The position numbers and the translations under genes are program-made. A model generated the notes under the pieces. That model saw only the letters and a list, made by a program, of their open reading frames with translations, ran no database searches and was not told the origin of the DNA. A stretch of 64,000 nt of DNA from Nitrospirota bacterium (GTDB taxonomy: Bacteria > Nitrospirota > Nitrospiria > Nitrospirales > Nitrospiraceae). How positions within the stretch are numbered: the stretch's first letter is position 1; every line of letters starts with the position of its first letter. The stretch lies in assembly GCA_963701855.1 (NCBI GenBank), contig CAVPBK010000005.1, positions 192,001 through 256,000 of the forward strand. Reading direction: 5' to 3'. Below, piece by piece: positions 27,500 to 38,114 of this stretch.

Positions 27500-29998
27500 A
27501 TGTGGGCTAGGAGGCGCTGTCGTGCTGGCAGCATGCACCGGCAGCGAGCGAGCGGCTTGCCCTGTCTTTACGCGTGCGGCGTGTCTTTTTGAGCGCGGTT
27601 GCGGCGGGTTGAGTTTGCCTGTCTGGCGTGTAGGTTTCGATTCCCGCCGGAGTGCCACCTTCATCACGTCATCCATCGTGTCGGCAAAGACGAGGTGGAT
27701 GCCCTTCAAGATGTGCTTGGGAATCTCGTCGAGATCCTTCTTGTTCCGTTTAGGAAGAATCACAGTCGTGAGCTTGGCCCGTTTAGCCGCCAAAATTTTC
27801 TCTTTCAATCCTCCGATGGGGAGCACTCGGCCTCGGAGGGTGATCTCGCCTGTCATGGCCAGGTCCCGGCGTACCGGGATTTGCGACAACGTCGAGGCAA
27901 TGGCGATGGCCATGGTAATGCCCGCCGACGGCCCGTCCTTGGGAATCGCTCCGGCCGGCACATGGATATGGAGATCTTGAGTGGTGAACACATCGGGATT
28001 GATGCCGAGGGTGCGTTCGCGCGACCGGACGTAGCTCAAGGCTGCTTGCGCGGATTCCTTCATGACGTCGCCCAGTTGGCCTGTGAGAGTCAATTGTCCC
28101 TTGCCCTTCATCGCTGTGGCCTCGATGTAGAGCACATCGCCGCCAGCCTCTGTCCAGGCTAATCCCGTTGCCACGCCGACTTCGTCCATCTTCAATTCTT
28201 CTTCGGGCACGAACTTAGGGACGCCGAGATACTTGTGCAGGTTGGCGGGATCGACGGGGAACCCCACACCTTTGCCTTCCGCCACTTTCTTCGCCACCTT
28301 GCGCATGACGTTGGCGATCTCTCGCTCAAGGTTCCTGACACCGGCTTCACGCGTATAGTTGGCGATGATTTGACGCACCGCCGTCTCGGCGATGCGGACA
28401 TGTTTCTCGGTGATGCCATGTTCGTTGAGTTGCCGAGGGATCAGGTATTTCTGGGCGATGCCCAACTTTTCCTCTTCGGTATAGCCGGGGATCCCTATCA
28501 CTTCCATCCGGTCGCGTAGGGCAGGCAAAATGGGATCGATCAGATTCGCCGTCGTAATGAACATCACTTCGGTCAGGTCGAAGGGCACGCCCAGGTAGTG
28601 GTCCGTGAACGAGTTGTTCTGCTCCGGATCGAGCACTTCGAGCAAGGCTGCGGAGGGGTCGCCGCGAAAATCCATCCCGACCTTGTCGACTTCGTCCAGC
28701 ATGAAGACCGGGTTGTTGGTGCCGGCTTGTTTCATGCCTTGAATGATGCGACCGGGGAGCGCGCCGACATAGGTGCGTCGATGGCCGCGGATCTCGGCTT
28801 CATCGCGGACGCCGCCGAGACTGATGCGGACAAATTCACGTCCAAGGGCGCGGGCGATCGACTTCCCGAGCGAGGTTTTCCCGACGCCCGGGGGGCCGAC
28901 GAAACAGAGAATTGGGCCCTTCATTTTGTCTTTGAGTTTCCGCACGGCGAGATATTCAAGGATTCGTTCCTTCACTTTCTCCAGATCGTAGTGATCCTCG
29001 TTGAGCACTTTGGCGGCAGCCTTGAGGTCGAGATTGTCCTTAGATCTCTTGGACCAGGGCAGTTCCACGATCCACTCGATATAGGTTCTGACGGTCGCAG
29101 ACTCGGCGGTGTCCGGGTGCATTTTTTCAAGACGTTTGAGCTGCTTTTCAGTTTCCTTCAGCACCTTTTCCGGCATCTTGAGTTCTAGTATCCGCTTGCG
29201 AAACTCGGTGATTTCCTCCGCGCGTTCGTCGAGTTCTCCCAGCTCTTTTTGGATTGCCTTGAGCTGCTCGCGCAGGAAGTATTCGCGCTGAGTTTTGTCC
29301 ATCTCTCCCTTGGCTTGCGCTTGAATCTTCTGTTGCATGGAGAGGACTTCGATCTCTTTACCGAGGATCTCGCTGACATGCCTGAGGCGTTTGATCGGAT
29401 CGATGACTTCCAGGACTGCCTGGGTGACATCGACTTTGAGGCCAAGATTGGACGCGACCATATCGGCAAGACGTCCGGGGTCTTCGAGGTTTTCGATGAC
29501 GATCATCACGTCCGGGATCAAGATTTTGCCGAGACTCACGATCCGCTCGATCTGTTCCTTGACCGTCCGCATGGCGGCTTCGGTTTCAAGGGCGGCACTC
29601 GCCGACTTGTGTTCGCTGAGTTTGTCGATGCGCACGGAGTAATAGGGCTCCGTCTGAATGTAGCCTGCAATCTTGGCTTTCGAGAGCCCCTGCACGAGTA
29701 TTTTGATGCGTTCGTCGGGCAGTTTCAGCATTCGCATGATGATGCCGACCGTGCCGATGGTATGGATATCATCCGGTGAAGGATTCTCGACGTCCAAGGC
29801 CTTTTGGGTCGAGAGGAAGATCATTCGATTACCGGCTAACGCGGCTTCAATCGCTTTGATCGACATCTCTCGTCCGACAAACAAGGGGAGGACCATGTAG
29901 GGGAAGACGACGATGTCTCGGACCGGCAACAACGGAAGCTGGTCGGGGATTTCGACGTTCTGGGGTGGCTGCAAGTCTTGCTCGATCGGGTCGTTCAT
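27491..29998 (-). CDS. lon: ATP-dependent Lon protease
   Basis: [40 protein letters not shown]. Confidence 0.97.
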   Translation of the reverse strand: MNDPIEQDLQPPQNVEIPDQLPLLPVRDIVVFPYMVLPLFVGREMSIKAIEAALAGNRMIFLSTQKALDVENPSPDDIHTIGTVGIIMRMLKLPDERIKILVQGLSKAKIAGYIQTEPYYSVRIDKLSEHKSASAALETEAAMRTVKEQIERIVSLGKILIPDVMIVIENLEDPGRLADMVASNLGLKVDVTQAVLEVIDPIKRLRHVSEILGKEIEVLSMQQKIQAQAKGEMDKTQREYFLREQLKAIQKELGELDERAEEITEFRKRILELKMPEKVLKETEKQLKRLEKMHPDTAESATVRTYIEWIVELPWSKRSKDNLDLKAAAKVLNEDHYDLEKVKERILEYLAVRKLKDKMKGPILCFVGPPGVGKTSLGKSIARALGREFVRISLGGVRDEAEIRGHRRTYVGALPGRIIQGMKQAGTNNPVFMLDEVDKVGMDFRGDPSAALLEVLDPEQNNSFTDHYLGVPFDLTEVMFITTANLIDPILPALRDRMEVIGIPGYTEEEKLGIAQKYLIPRQLNEHGITEKHVRIAETAVRQIIANYTREAGVRNLEREIANVMRKVAKKVAEGKGVGFPVDPANLHKYLGVPKFVPEEELKMDEVGVATGLAWTEAGGDVLYIEATAMKGKGQLTLTGQLGDVMKESAQAALSYVRSRERTLGINPDVFTTQDLHIHVPAGAIPKDGPSAGITMAIAIASTLSQIPVRRDLAMTGEITLRGRVLPIGGLKEKILAAKRAKLTTVILPKRNKKDLDEIPKHILKGIHLVFADTMDDVMKVALRRESKPTRQTGKLNPPQPRSKRHAARVKTGQAARSLPVHAASTTAPPSPHYS

Positions 29999-30067
29999 CG
30001 GTGTGGTCTCACTGTTGCGTTCAATGCTGAAGGAGACATATGAAGTCGTGCCTTCACTGAGAACATG

Positions 30068-30979
30068 TCAGGATTTTCGTGGCCGTGTCGTGCGGCGCTC
30101 TCCGGAAGGCCGCATCCGGTTCCGGAGATAGTCGCCGAACTCCGGTCCCAGGGATGGGTTTTTGAGTGCGAACTCGACGGTCGCAATGAGAAACCCCAAC
30201 TTGTCCCCGGCATCGTACCGTTGTCCCTGTATCTCCAGCGCAAACATTGGGGACTTCTTTGCCAATTCCAATAGCGCATCGGTCAATTGGATCTCGCCGT
30301 TTTTACCGGGCTTGGTTTTTCGCAGGATAGAGAAAATTTCCGGTGGCAGGACGTAGCGGCCGATGACCGCCAGATTGGATGGAGCTTCGGCCGGTGTCGG
30401 CTTCTCAATGAGGCCTTCGACTCGATGCAGTCCCGCTGAGATGGTTTGAGGCGACACGATTCCATAGCGGTTGACTTCATGGTGGGGCACTTCCTGAACG
30501 CCGAGGACTGCACCGTGCCGTTTCTTGTAGGCATGAATGAGTTGTGCGAGTCCAGGGACTGGGGCATCGATGATTTCATCGCCGAGAATGACGGCAAAGG
30601 GTTCGTCGCCGATCAGGTGTTGGGCGCAGAGGACTGCATGGCCGAGTCCAAGGGCCGCCGACTGACGGACGTAGCAGAAATTTGCAAGTGTGGAGATGTG
30701 CCGCATTTGGCTCAGGAGCTGCGTCTTGCCGCTGTCCCTGAGATTTTCCTCCAACTCAACGGATCGGTCGAAATGGTCCTCGATCGCGCGTTTGCCCCGC
30801 CCAGTGATGATGATAATGTCTTCGATTCCTGAGGCGACCGCTTCTTCCACTGCATATTGAATCAGCGGCTTGTCGACCAGCGGCAACATTTCTTTGGGAG
30901 AGGCTTTCGTCGCGGGAAGGAAGCGGGTGCCAAGGCCTGCGGCGGGAATCACGGCTTTGCGCACTTCGAAGCGTGACAT
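30068..30979 (-). CDS. galU: UTP--glucose-1-phosphate uridylyltransferase
   Basis: KAVIPAAGLGTRFLPATKASPKEMLP, GLGHAV, GEIQLTDA. Confidence 0.96.
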   Translation of the reverse strand: MSRFEVRKAVIPAAGLGTRFLPATKASPKEMLPLVDKPLIQYAVEEAVASGIEDIIIITGRGKRAIEDHFDRSVELEENLRDSGKTQLLSQMRHISTLANFCYVRQSAALGLGHAVLCAQHLIGDEPFAVILGDEIIDAPVPGLAQLIHAYKKRHGAVLGVQEVPHHEVNRYGIVSPQTISAGLHRVEGLIEKPTPAEAPSNLAVIGRYVLPPEIFSILRKTKPGKNGEIQLTDALLELAKKSPMFALEIQGQRYDAGDKLGFLIATVEFALKNPSLGPEFGDYLRNRMRPSGERRTTRPRKS

Positions 30980-31131
30980 GGCTCGATACTATGTGTTGCA
31001 GAAGACGATGTCAAGGAATGCAGAAGCGTATCCTGCGTTGTGCTGAAGGTTTCTGCAGCAATCGCGGATTCCCCTGCTCTTGTGCGTGAATCGTGAGCGA
31101 GACAAGCAAGACGTGCGCGACAGGCGCGACG

Positions 31132-31203
31132 GGTTGATCTGGTTTATCTGGTTTATTTTGTTCATCTGGTTAGGCTAGTTTAACCAAACAAACCAAATAG
31201 CCC
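31132..31203. repeat. 9-bp periodic inverted repeat in the galU/bamA divergent region
   Basis: GGTTGATCT GGTTTATCT GGTTTATTT TGTTCATCT GG ... AACCAAACA AACCAAATA. Confidence 0.75.
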
Positions 31204-31524
31204 AGCCGCTCTTCGCGCTTGACACGCGCTACCCTGCCAGTTTTCGAGGACTCTGCCTAAATAATGTGCGCCTTCATCTTTACATTCAAATACTTGCCCA
31301 ATATAATCCATGAGCTTTGCACGCATGTTGCCGCGATCGATATGTGTGCGAGGACGGTGTGAACTTCCCACGCCAGCAACCTTCGCTGCCGCCATCGTCA
31401 TACGCGCTCTGGATGCGTCGAGCATGAGTGTGGATAGAGGCGCAGTTGTACGGTCATGGCCAAAGTTAAGGTTGCCCATGATGCCGGTATTATCTTCCCC
31501 TACTTCCTATGGGGCGCAGAACCA

Positions 31525-33855
31525 GTGAGGGGAGTTTGCTGTTCAGCCGGGAGTCGCTGGCTTTTTGTCATGGTGCTCGTTGCCTTGGTTTTCGGGGTGC
31601 TGCCGGTATGTACAGTTGCCGCTGCTGCTGAGCAGGCCGGAGTCAAAGTGACGGCGATTGAGATTCGAGGGAATAAGCGAATCGAGTTGCCGGCGATTGT
31701 CGGCCGATTGACTTTGAAGCCCGGCGATCCCTATACCCCTGAAAATGTCCGTGGACAGATCAAGATACTCTACGAAACCGGGTTCTTTGAAGAGGTGCGG
31801 GTGGAAACGGAATCGGGCGCGGGCGGGATGATGCTGGCCTTTCTGATTCGCGAGAAACCGTTTATCACCGAAATCGTGTTCGATGGGAATACAGCGCTCA
31901 GCGACGACAAGCTCAAAGAGAAAATCACGATTAAGAGCCAAGCCTTTCTCGATCAGCCGCAGGCGAAAGAAAGTGCGGAAAAGATTCGCTTAGCGTATCA
32001 GGGGGACGGGTATTTCAATTGTGCGGTGATCCCGGTCGTGCAGACCATGGACGAGGATCGGAAACGCCTGACGTTTTTCATAAAAGAAGGGGAGAAGGCG
32101 CGTGTCAGAACGGTTATCTTTGACGGCTTGCACGCAGCGACGAAAGACGAGATGTTCAAGGTGATGTCGACGCGGGAATGGATTGCCTGGTACGGGATGA
32201 TTACCCAATTGAAGTTACCGTCTTTTGTCTCGGATGCCGGCGTCTTGAAGCGGGAGGAAATGAACAACGACATCGAACGGATCAAAGAGGTCTTGCTTAA
32301 CAAGGGTTACTTAAACGTCCGGGTTGGGCTGCCGACGGTGGAGCTCGACGACGCGAAGAAATGGTTCGTCGTGACATTCCCTGTGATAGAAGGGGAGCCG
32401 TTCACCATCGGCGAAATCGGATTCCGCGGGAATACAGTGTTCGAAGATCCGGAGCTTCGCCAGGGGCTCAAGATGAAGGAAGGGGAGATTTTCCAGCGCC
32501 AGAAACTTCGCGACGAGATTACACGGTTGAACGACCTCTACGGGGGCAGGGGCTATTCGTTTGCCGAGGTTTCGCCCAATGTGATTCCGAACACGGAGGA
32601 GAAGACCGCAGCCGTTATTCTGACTATTAAGGAAGGGGAGTTGATGCGGATCCGTCAGATCAACATCCATGGAAACGAGAAGACCAAGGATAATGTGATT
32701 CGTCGTGAAATCCGTCTCGATGAACAGGACGTGATCGATACCCCTGCGCTGAAGCGGAGCTTTCAGCGGCTTAACAACTTAAACTTTTTCGAGACGGTGG
32801 AAATTCTTCCTGCGCAGGTAGGTCCGGATAAGGTCGATCTGAATGTCCGCGTGAAAGAAAAGCCGACCGGCCAGTTCAGTATCGGCGGCGGGTTCAGCAC
32901 GTTGGATCAGTTGGTCGCAATCGCCGATATTACAGAAGGTAATATCGGCGGGAATGGCTGGATGGGGCGAATCAGAGGTCAGTTGGGACAGCAGCGGACA
33001 CTAGGGTTGATCACGTTTCGCAACCCCTATTTGAACGACTCCTTGACTTCGATGCAGGTGGACGTCTTTAAGAGCGCGACGAACTACTTCACCTACTATG
33101 AGAGAAAGACCGGGGCCAGCGTGACCTTCGGCCGGTGGTTCTCCGAGTATGTATCGGGGACTATCAGCCCGGTTGCAGAAGATATCGAATACAGCAGTCC
33201 ATCGGCCACGGCGCCGCCGATCATTTTGAATCAAATCGGGCATCAGTCAACCACGGGATTTCGGGGCACGTTGACTCGCGACTCGAGAGACTACTTTCAG
33301 GATCCCCGCACCGGTTGGCGAACTTCTGTCGCACTTGGTCTCGGCACGTCCTATCTGGGGGGCACCAACGACTTCGTTAAATACACCTTCGATGTCAACA
33401 AGTATACCCCGCTCCCGTGGGATACGCGGCTCTCGGTCCGAGCGCGCTATGGTGTTGTAGAGGGCCTCAATACCAACGGCGAGCATAAACCGGTTCCTCT
33501 TACCGAACTCTACTTCGTTGGAGGCATTAATACCATGCGCGGCTTTGTCTTCGGCAAAGCGGGACCAGTGACGGTAAATAACACGCTCCTCGGCGCGGCA
33601 AGTGAGCTGATCTTCAACTTCGATTATATTTTTACGATCTCTGCCGAAGCGAAACTCAACGGCGTAATTTTCTTCGACTATGGGAAAGGGTTCTCCGGTA
33701 GTAGCGTCTCAACCCCCTTGCGGTCGGCGGCCGGTTTGGAGGGGCGATGGGTCTCACCCTTTGGCCCACTCCGTGCTGCGTATGGGATTAATCTGGACCC
33801 CAACCCAAACGAACGCAAAGGTGTCTTTGAGTTCACGATCGGTACTGTATTCTAA
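31525..33855 (+). CDS. bamA: Outer membrane protein assembly factor BamA
   Basis: POTRA repeats, TKDNVIRRE, MRGF motif, SPFGPLR, C-terminal Phe; start uncertain (31525 or 31570). Confidence 0.95.
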   Translation: MRGVCCSAGSRWLFVMVLVALVFGVLPVCTVAAAAEQAGVKVTAIEIRGNKRIELPAIVGRLTLKPGDPYTPENVRGQIKILYETGFFEEVRVETESGAGGMMLAFLIREKPFITEIVFDGNTALSDDKLKEKITIKSQAFLDQPQAKESAEKIRLAYQGDGYFNCAVIPVVQTMDEDRKRLTFFIKEGEKARVRTVIFDGLHAATKDEMFKVMSTREWIAWYGMITQLKLPSFVSDAGVLKREEMNNDIERIKEVLLNKGYLNVRVGLPTVELDDAKKWFVVTFPVIEGEPFTIGEIGFRGNTVFEDPELRQGLKMKEGEIFQRQKLRDEITRLNDLYGGRGYSFAEVSPNVIPNTEEKTAAVILTIKEGELMRIRQINIHGNEKTKDNVIRREIRLDEQDVIDTPALKRSFQRLNNLNFFETVEILPAQVGPDKVDLNVRVKEKPTGQFSIGGGFSTLDQLVAIADITEGNIGGNGWMGRIRGQLGQQRTLGLITFRNPYLNDSLTSMQVDVFKSATNYFTYYERKTGASVTFGRWFSEYVSGTISPVAEDIEYSSPSATAPPIILNQIGHQSTTGFRGTLTRDSRDYFQDPRTGWRTSVALGLGTSYLGGTNDFVKYTFDVNKYTPLPWDTRLSVRARYGVVEGLNTNGEHKPVPLTELYFVGGINTMRGFVFGKAGPVTVNNTLLGAASELIFNFDYIFTISAEAKLNGVIFFDYGKGFSGSSVSTPLRSAAGLEGRWVSPFGPLRAAYGINLDPNPNERKGVFEFTIGTVF

Positions 33856-33903
33856 TCTATGCCATGAATGAGAGGTAGCGATGTGATCCAGATTGATATT
33901 GTC

Positions 33904-34437
33904 ATGCGGAGAATGTTCTGCGCAGGAGGTCTGTTGATAGCGCTCCTCGCTGTCTCAGGCTGTGCTGCCGGCGGGACCAAAATCGAAGGAAAGGTGGGAG
34001 TCGTCGATCCAGCCCGTGTCCTCAACGAGACGAGCACCGGCAAGAAGGCCAAGGATTCCTTGAGCGTATTTTCCAAGAATCGCCAGGCGCTGATCGAGAT
34101 GGATGAAAAAGAGCTGCGCCGTATGGAAGAAGATTTTGGGAGACAGGCCAGTGTGTTGAGTTCGGCTGCGAAACGGGAGCGCGAAGATCAGTTTCGACGT
34201 CGGATGGCGGAGTATCAGCAGAAAGCGGGCGAGATGAACCGGGAGGTTCAGGAAAAGCAAAAAGACGTGCTCGAAGGGTTCCGTGAGAAGGTGGGACTCA
34301 TCGTGGGGAAAGTAGCGAAGCGCCTCGGGTTACAGGTCGTCATAGATAAGGGGAAAGGCGGTCCCACGTTATATAGCGAGGAGGAGCTTGATATCACAGG
34401 TCAGGTCATCGATGAATTTAATCGGGAATATCCCTAG
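33904..34437 (+). CDS. skp: OmpH/Skp periplasmic chaperone (possible lipoprotein)
   Basis: KVGVVD..RVL, coiled coil, DITGQVI; LAVSGC lipobox-like; follows bamA. Confidence 0.85.
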   Translation: MRRMFCAGGLLIALLAVSGCAAGGTKIEGKVGVVDPARVLNETSTGKKAKDSLSVFSKNRQALIEMDEKELRRMEEDFGRQASVLSSAAKREREDQFRRRMAEYQQKAGEMNREVQEKQKDVLEGFREKVGLIVGKVAKRLGLQVVIDKGKGGPTLYSEEELDITGQVIDEFNREYP

Positions 34438-34591
34438 CCTGGTCTGTCTGGTTTCTCTGGTCTATCTGGTTTGTTTTGTCGCTTGATCCGGAGAACCCAG
34501 ATACACAAGACAGACCAGACAGACGAGTAGACCAGACAGACCGAATTGACCGAATGAACAAGCCCAGCTGGGGGGATTTTTCAGCATCCTG
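34438..34591. repeat. 9-bp periodic inverted repeat followed by a half family-A MITE end
   Basis: (GGTCTGTCT, GGTTTCTCT, GGTCTATCT) ... (AGACAGACC, AGACAGACG, AGTAGACC, AGACAGACC), then TTTTTCAGCATCCTG. Confidence 0.8.
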
Positions 34592-34629
34592 CTAGGATAT
34601 GGTGCTTGTGAGAAGCAGAGGAGGATTCG

Positions 34630-35166
34630 ATGGAACGAGCAGGGGTGACTAGTCTGATTGGTGCAGTGACATTATGGCTGGCGATGGTGTCGCCGGGGTT
34701 GTCGGCTGAAACCTTCCAGGTTGCGGTGATGGACCAACAAGTGGTCATCGCGCAGTCGAAGGCCGGCAAGCGGGCTTTGGAAGAACTCAAGGCCTACTCT
34801 GTAACTAGGCAAAAGATCATCAATGCCGACGATCAAGAACTGAAAGACTTGCAACAGGCGATTCAAGATGGGAAGTCGACTGACAGTGTAAAGCAAGAGA
34901 AGCAAGGTCAGTTTCAGGCCAAGTTGGATGCCTATCAACGCCGCCTTACTGACTTCAATCGCGAGATTCAACAGAAGCAGCGTGAAATGGTGGCGGAATA
35001 CTCGAAGAAGGTGCAGGCGGCCGCGCAAGCTGTGGGAGAAAAGAACGGGTATGCTGCGGTCATCGACAAGGGAAGCGAGGCGGCGATCAAGATCGTGCTC
35101 TATCATCAGCCCGCGTTGGATGTGACCGATCAAGTGGTGAAGGAGTTCGATCGACAAAATAAGTAG
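34630..35166 (+). CDS. skp: Second OmpH/Skp paralog
   Basis: Signal peptide, VAVMDQQVVIAQSKAGK, DVTDQVVKEF. Confidence 0.85.
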   Translation: MERAGVTSLIGAVTLWLAMVSPGLSAETFQVAVMDQQVVIAQSKAGKRALEELKAYSVTRQKIINADDQELKDLQQAIQDGKSTDSVKQEKQGQFQAKLDAYQRRLTDFNREIQQKQREMVAEYSKKVQAAAQAVGEKNGYAAVIDKGSEAAIKIVLYHQPALDVTDQVVKEFDRQNK

Positions 35167-35692
35167 CGAGGAGGGGATGGAGCTTGATGCGCTTCTGTGC
35201 TCGCGCAACGCGCGGTCTCAGAAGGGTGGATAGGGAGCCGCCAGACCATCCTTCTTGCTCGCAGAACGCGTACGATGAAACGCTGCTCGTCCGATGCGCG
35301 CAGTGAAGGACAGTCCGGCGACTCCCTTGGGCGAGAAGGTGTGATGGTGCAAAGAAGGAAACAAGAGGCCCTCGCCCTGGGATAATGGCACGTCTCGGCG
35401 TGCCATTGGGTGGGCGGGTGAGAAAGTTGCGTGCCGTGGAAGATCAATCAGCTCCCATCCCTAAGAGAGAACGAGCAAGCTTGGAAGGACTATTGGACGT
35501 GCGCAGTAGGGGGCCAAACCAGACCGCTCCCGCAGAAGTAAAGCGAGCTTGGAGGGAGCGTTCGTAGTGTCGCCGCAACCTTAGAATGTACCTAATTGCC
35601 GATTGGCCTATAGTATTTTGTGAAGCACGTAGTTTATACACGAAACACCGTTAAAACTTTACATACATAATGGTGTCGATGTCACTGAGCAT

Positions 35693-35814
35693 CAGAATGC
35701 TCAAAGAGGCCGTCCAGCAAGGCCGCAGCGAGCGAAGAGGCCAGGCGTACGCTTCGGTACGTTGAACCTCTGAGCGATGCGAGAACGATGCTGGCGGACT
35801 TTTTCAGCATTCTG
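35693..35814. mobile_element. MITE-like repeat, family A
   Basis: CAGAATGCTCAAAGAGGCCGTCCAGCAAGGCCGCAG ... GCTGGCGGACTTTTTCAGCATTCTG; interior aligns with the 2036 copy. Confidence 0.75.
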
Positions 35815-35832
35815 ATAGAGGAGGTTCTGCCG

Positions 35833-36291
35833 ATGTCCGTCATGGAGCAAGCTGAAATTCAGTCCATTCTGCCTCACCGGTATCCCTTTCTCCTGGTCGA
35901 TCGAGTGCAGGAGCTGGTTCCCGATCGGCGGATCGTAGGAGTCAAGAACGTGACGATCAATGAACCCTTCTTTCAAGGGCATTTTCCCGGGCGCCCTGTC
36001 ATGCCGGGGGTGTTGATTCTCGAAGCCATGTCTCAAGTCGGTGCGATTCTGGCGTTTAAGTCGCTAGGGAACGCAACACGTCCAGTGGTCTACCTGACCG
36101 GTGTCGATGGCGCGAAGTTCCGAAAACCGGTCGTGCCAGGCGATCGGCTGCGGTTTGAAATCGATGTCGTCAAGAAGCGGGCACCGTTCTGGAAGATGCA
36201 GGGCAAGGCGTTTGTCGAGGAAGACCTTGTCTGTGAAGCCGTAGTGACTGCGATGGTAACCGAGGAGAAAGACGTGAAGCGTGAAGCGTGA
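35833..36291 (+). CDS. fabZ: 3-hydroxyacyl-ACP dehydratase
   Basis: LPHRYPFLLVDRV, FFQGHFP..PVMPGVLILEAM. Confidence 0.96.
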   Translation: MSVMEQAEIQSILPHRYPFLLVDRVQELVPDRRIVGVKNVTINEPFFQGHFPGRPVMPGVLILEAMSQVGAILAFKSLGNATRPVVYLTGVDGAKFRKPVVPGDRLRFEIDVVKKRAPFWKMQGKAFVEEDLVCEAVVTAMVTEEKDVKREA

Positions 36292-36372
36292 AACGAAAAG
36301 AAATGTGGTCGGCATCCGTATGTGCGGTTCACGAATAACGATTCACAATGTGCGTCTCACTGGAGGTTCAGA

Positions 36373-37179
36373 GTGCAGATTCATTCATCAGCGATAGTTC
36401 ATCCTAAGGCGTGTCTTGCCGATGATGTGGAGGTCGGGCCGTTCTGCTTGATCGGTGAGCATGTCACGATTGGAACGGGAACCAGATTGTTGTCTCATGT
36501 GACGGTCGACGGATGGACGGAGATTGGCGAGCGGAATGAGGTGCATCCATTTGTCTCGATCGGCGGACCGCCTCAGCACCTCGGATATAAGGGGGAACCG
36601 ACCAAGGTCATCATCGGCCATGATAATATCCTTCGCGAGTATGTCACGGTCAACCGCGCGACGGTACAAGGCGGTGGGGTGACATCGCTCGGGTCAAAGA
36701 ATTTTCTGATGGCGTATGTTCATGTGGCGCACGATTGCCGGCTCGGCAACTATCTCATCATGGCCAATGCCGCCAGTTTAGCCGGCCACATTGCCATCGG
36801 TGACCATGCCATCATCGGGGGACTGACCGGTATCCATCAACATGTGCGGGTCGGGGCGTATTCCATGGTCGGCGGCTGTTGTGCCCTCGGGCAGGACCTC
36901 CCGCCGTTCATGCGGGCTGCGGGTGGCTATCGTGCGCGGATGTATGGTCTCAACTCGGTGGGGTTGCGCCGACAGGGATTTTCGACCGATCGGATTTCGG
37001 TACTGAAGCGGGCCTATGAAATGCTCTTCCGATCGGGGCATCGAACCGGTGAAGCAGCCAGGCTTGCCAAGGCTGAGTTCGGAGATCAACCTGACGTCAT
37101 GGCGATTGTGAGTTTCCTGGAGGGGACGAAGCGTGGCATCTGCCGATCGGTCGGCAAAGATCAAGAGGATGAGGAGTAA
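36373..37179 (+). CDS. lpxA: UDP-N-acetylglucosamine acyltransferase
   Basis: Hexapeptide repeats, MAYVHVAHDC, LAGH, GLNSVGLRR. Confidence 0.95.
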   Translation: MQIHSSAIVHPKACLADDVEVGPFCLIGEHVTIGTGTRLLSHVTVDGWTEIGERNEVHPFVSIGGPPQHLGYKGEPTKVIIGHDNILREYVTVNRATVQGGGVTSLGSKNFLMAYVHVAHDCRLGNYLIMANAASLAGHIAIGDHAIIGGLTGIHQHVRVGAYSMVGGCCALGQDLPPFMRAAGGYRARMYGLNSVGLRRQGFSTDRISVLKRAYEMLFRSGHRTGEAARLAKAEFGDQPDVMAIVSFLEGTKRGICRSVGKDQEDEE

Positions 37180-37184
37180 GCACC

Positions 37185-38042
37185 ATGGCATCGCCACCTC
37201 ACGTCACCAATGGTGAGCGGATTGGGCTCATTGCCGGCAACGGCCGGTTCCCGATCATCTTCGCGGATAATGCCAGGAAGCTCGGCTATCACGTGTCGGC
37301 TGTGGCGCATGAAGGTGAGACGGAACCGGAGTTGGCCGGCCATGTGGATCGGATCCATTGGATCAAGATTGGCCAGCTCAACAAGCTGATCAAGGCGTTT
37401 AAGGAAGACAAAGTCCACCAGGCCGTTATGCTGGGCGGAATCAAGAAGACCCATGTCTTTACCACCGTGCGGCCTGATTTTCGCACATTGGCGATGGCGA
37501 CACGTTTGGCGCTATGGAAAGACGACGACATTCTGCGCGAATTCGCGAAGGAGCTTGAGCGGGAAGGTATTGCCATCTGTGAATCGACTTTTGGGCTCGA
37601 GGGGATTCTTGTGGAAGAAGGGACGTTAACCGCGCGGGCTCCATCGGAGAAAGAGTGGGAGGACATCCGTTACGGGTGGGATGTGGCGCATGAGATTGGG
37701 CGTCTCGATATTGGGCAGTGTGTCGTGATCAAAGATCGCGTGGTCGTGGCCGTCGAGGCGGTCGAAGGTACCGACGGAGCCATCAAGCGCGGTGGCGATT
37801 TGGCCAAGGAGGGCGCGGTTGTGGTCAAGCGATCGAAGCCGCAGCAGGACATGCGGTTCGACCTCCCGGCTGTGGGACCTCGGACCATCGAAGTGATGGC
37901 ATCAGTCAAGGCCTCGGTGTTGGCGATCGAAGCCGGCCGAACCATCCTATTGGATCGCGAAATCATGTTGGAGAAGGCCAAGTCTGCCCGCATTGCCATT
38001 GTCGGGATCAAGCAGGAGCAAGGGGTGAATAGTGACGCGTGA
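37185..38042 (+). CDS. lpxI: UDP-2,3-diacylglucosamine pyrophosphatase LpxI
   Basis: GLIAGNGRFP, DIGQCVV, AVEAVEGTD, KPQQDMRFDLPAVG. Confidence 0.92.
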   Translation: MASPPHVTNGERIGLIAGNGRFPIIFADNARKLGYHVSAVAHEGETEPELAGHVDRIHWIKIGQLNKLIKAFKEDKVHQAVMLGGIKKTHVFTTVRPDFRTLAMATRLALWKDDDILREFAKELEREGIAICESTFGLEGILVEEGTLTARAPSEKEWEDIRYGWDVAHEIGRLDIGQCVVIKDRVVVAVEAVEGTDGAIKRGGDLAKEGAVVVKRSKPQQDMRFDLPAVGPRTIEVMASVKASVLAIEAGRTILLDREIMLEKAKSARIAIVGIKQEQGVNSDA

Positions 38043-38114
38043 TGAGTTTCTGACAAAGAAGCGCGCCGGTGCGCCTGTTCTCCTCCCATCGTCTCATCAC
38101 TCTCGGGTTATCCT

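Noticed and set aside
31180..31528. Short ORFs upstream of bamA and the extended bamA start at 31456
   Set aside because: No family features; the hydrophobic signal peptide begins near 31560, favouring a later start
35130..35641. Several short ORFs between skp and fabZ
   Set aside because: Mutually overlapping, no SD or motifs, and derived from repeat-like DNA
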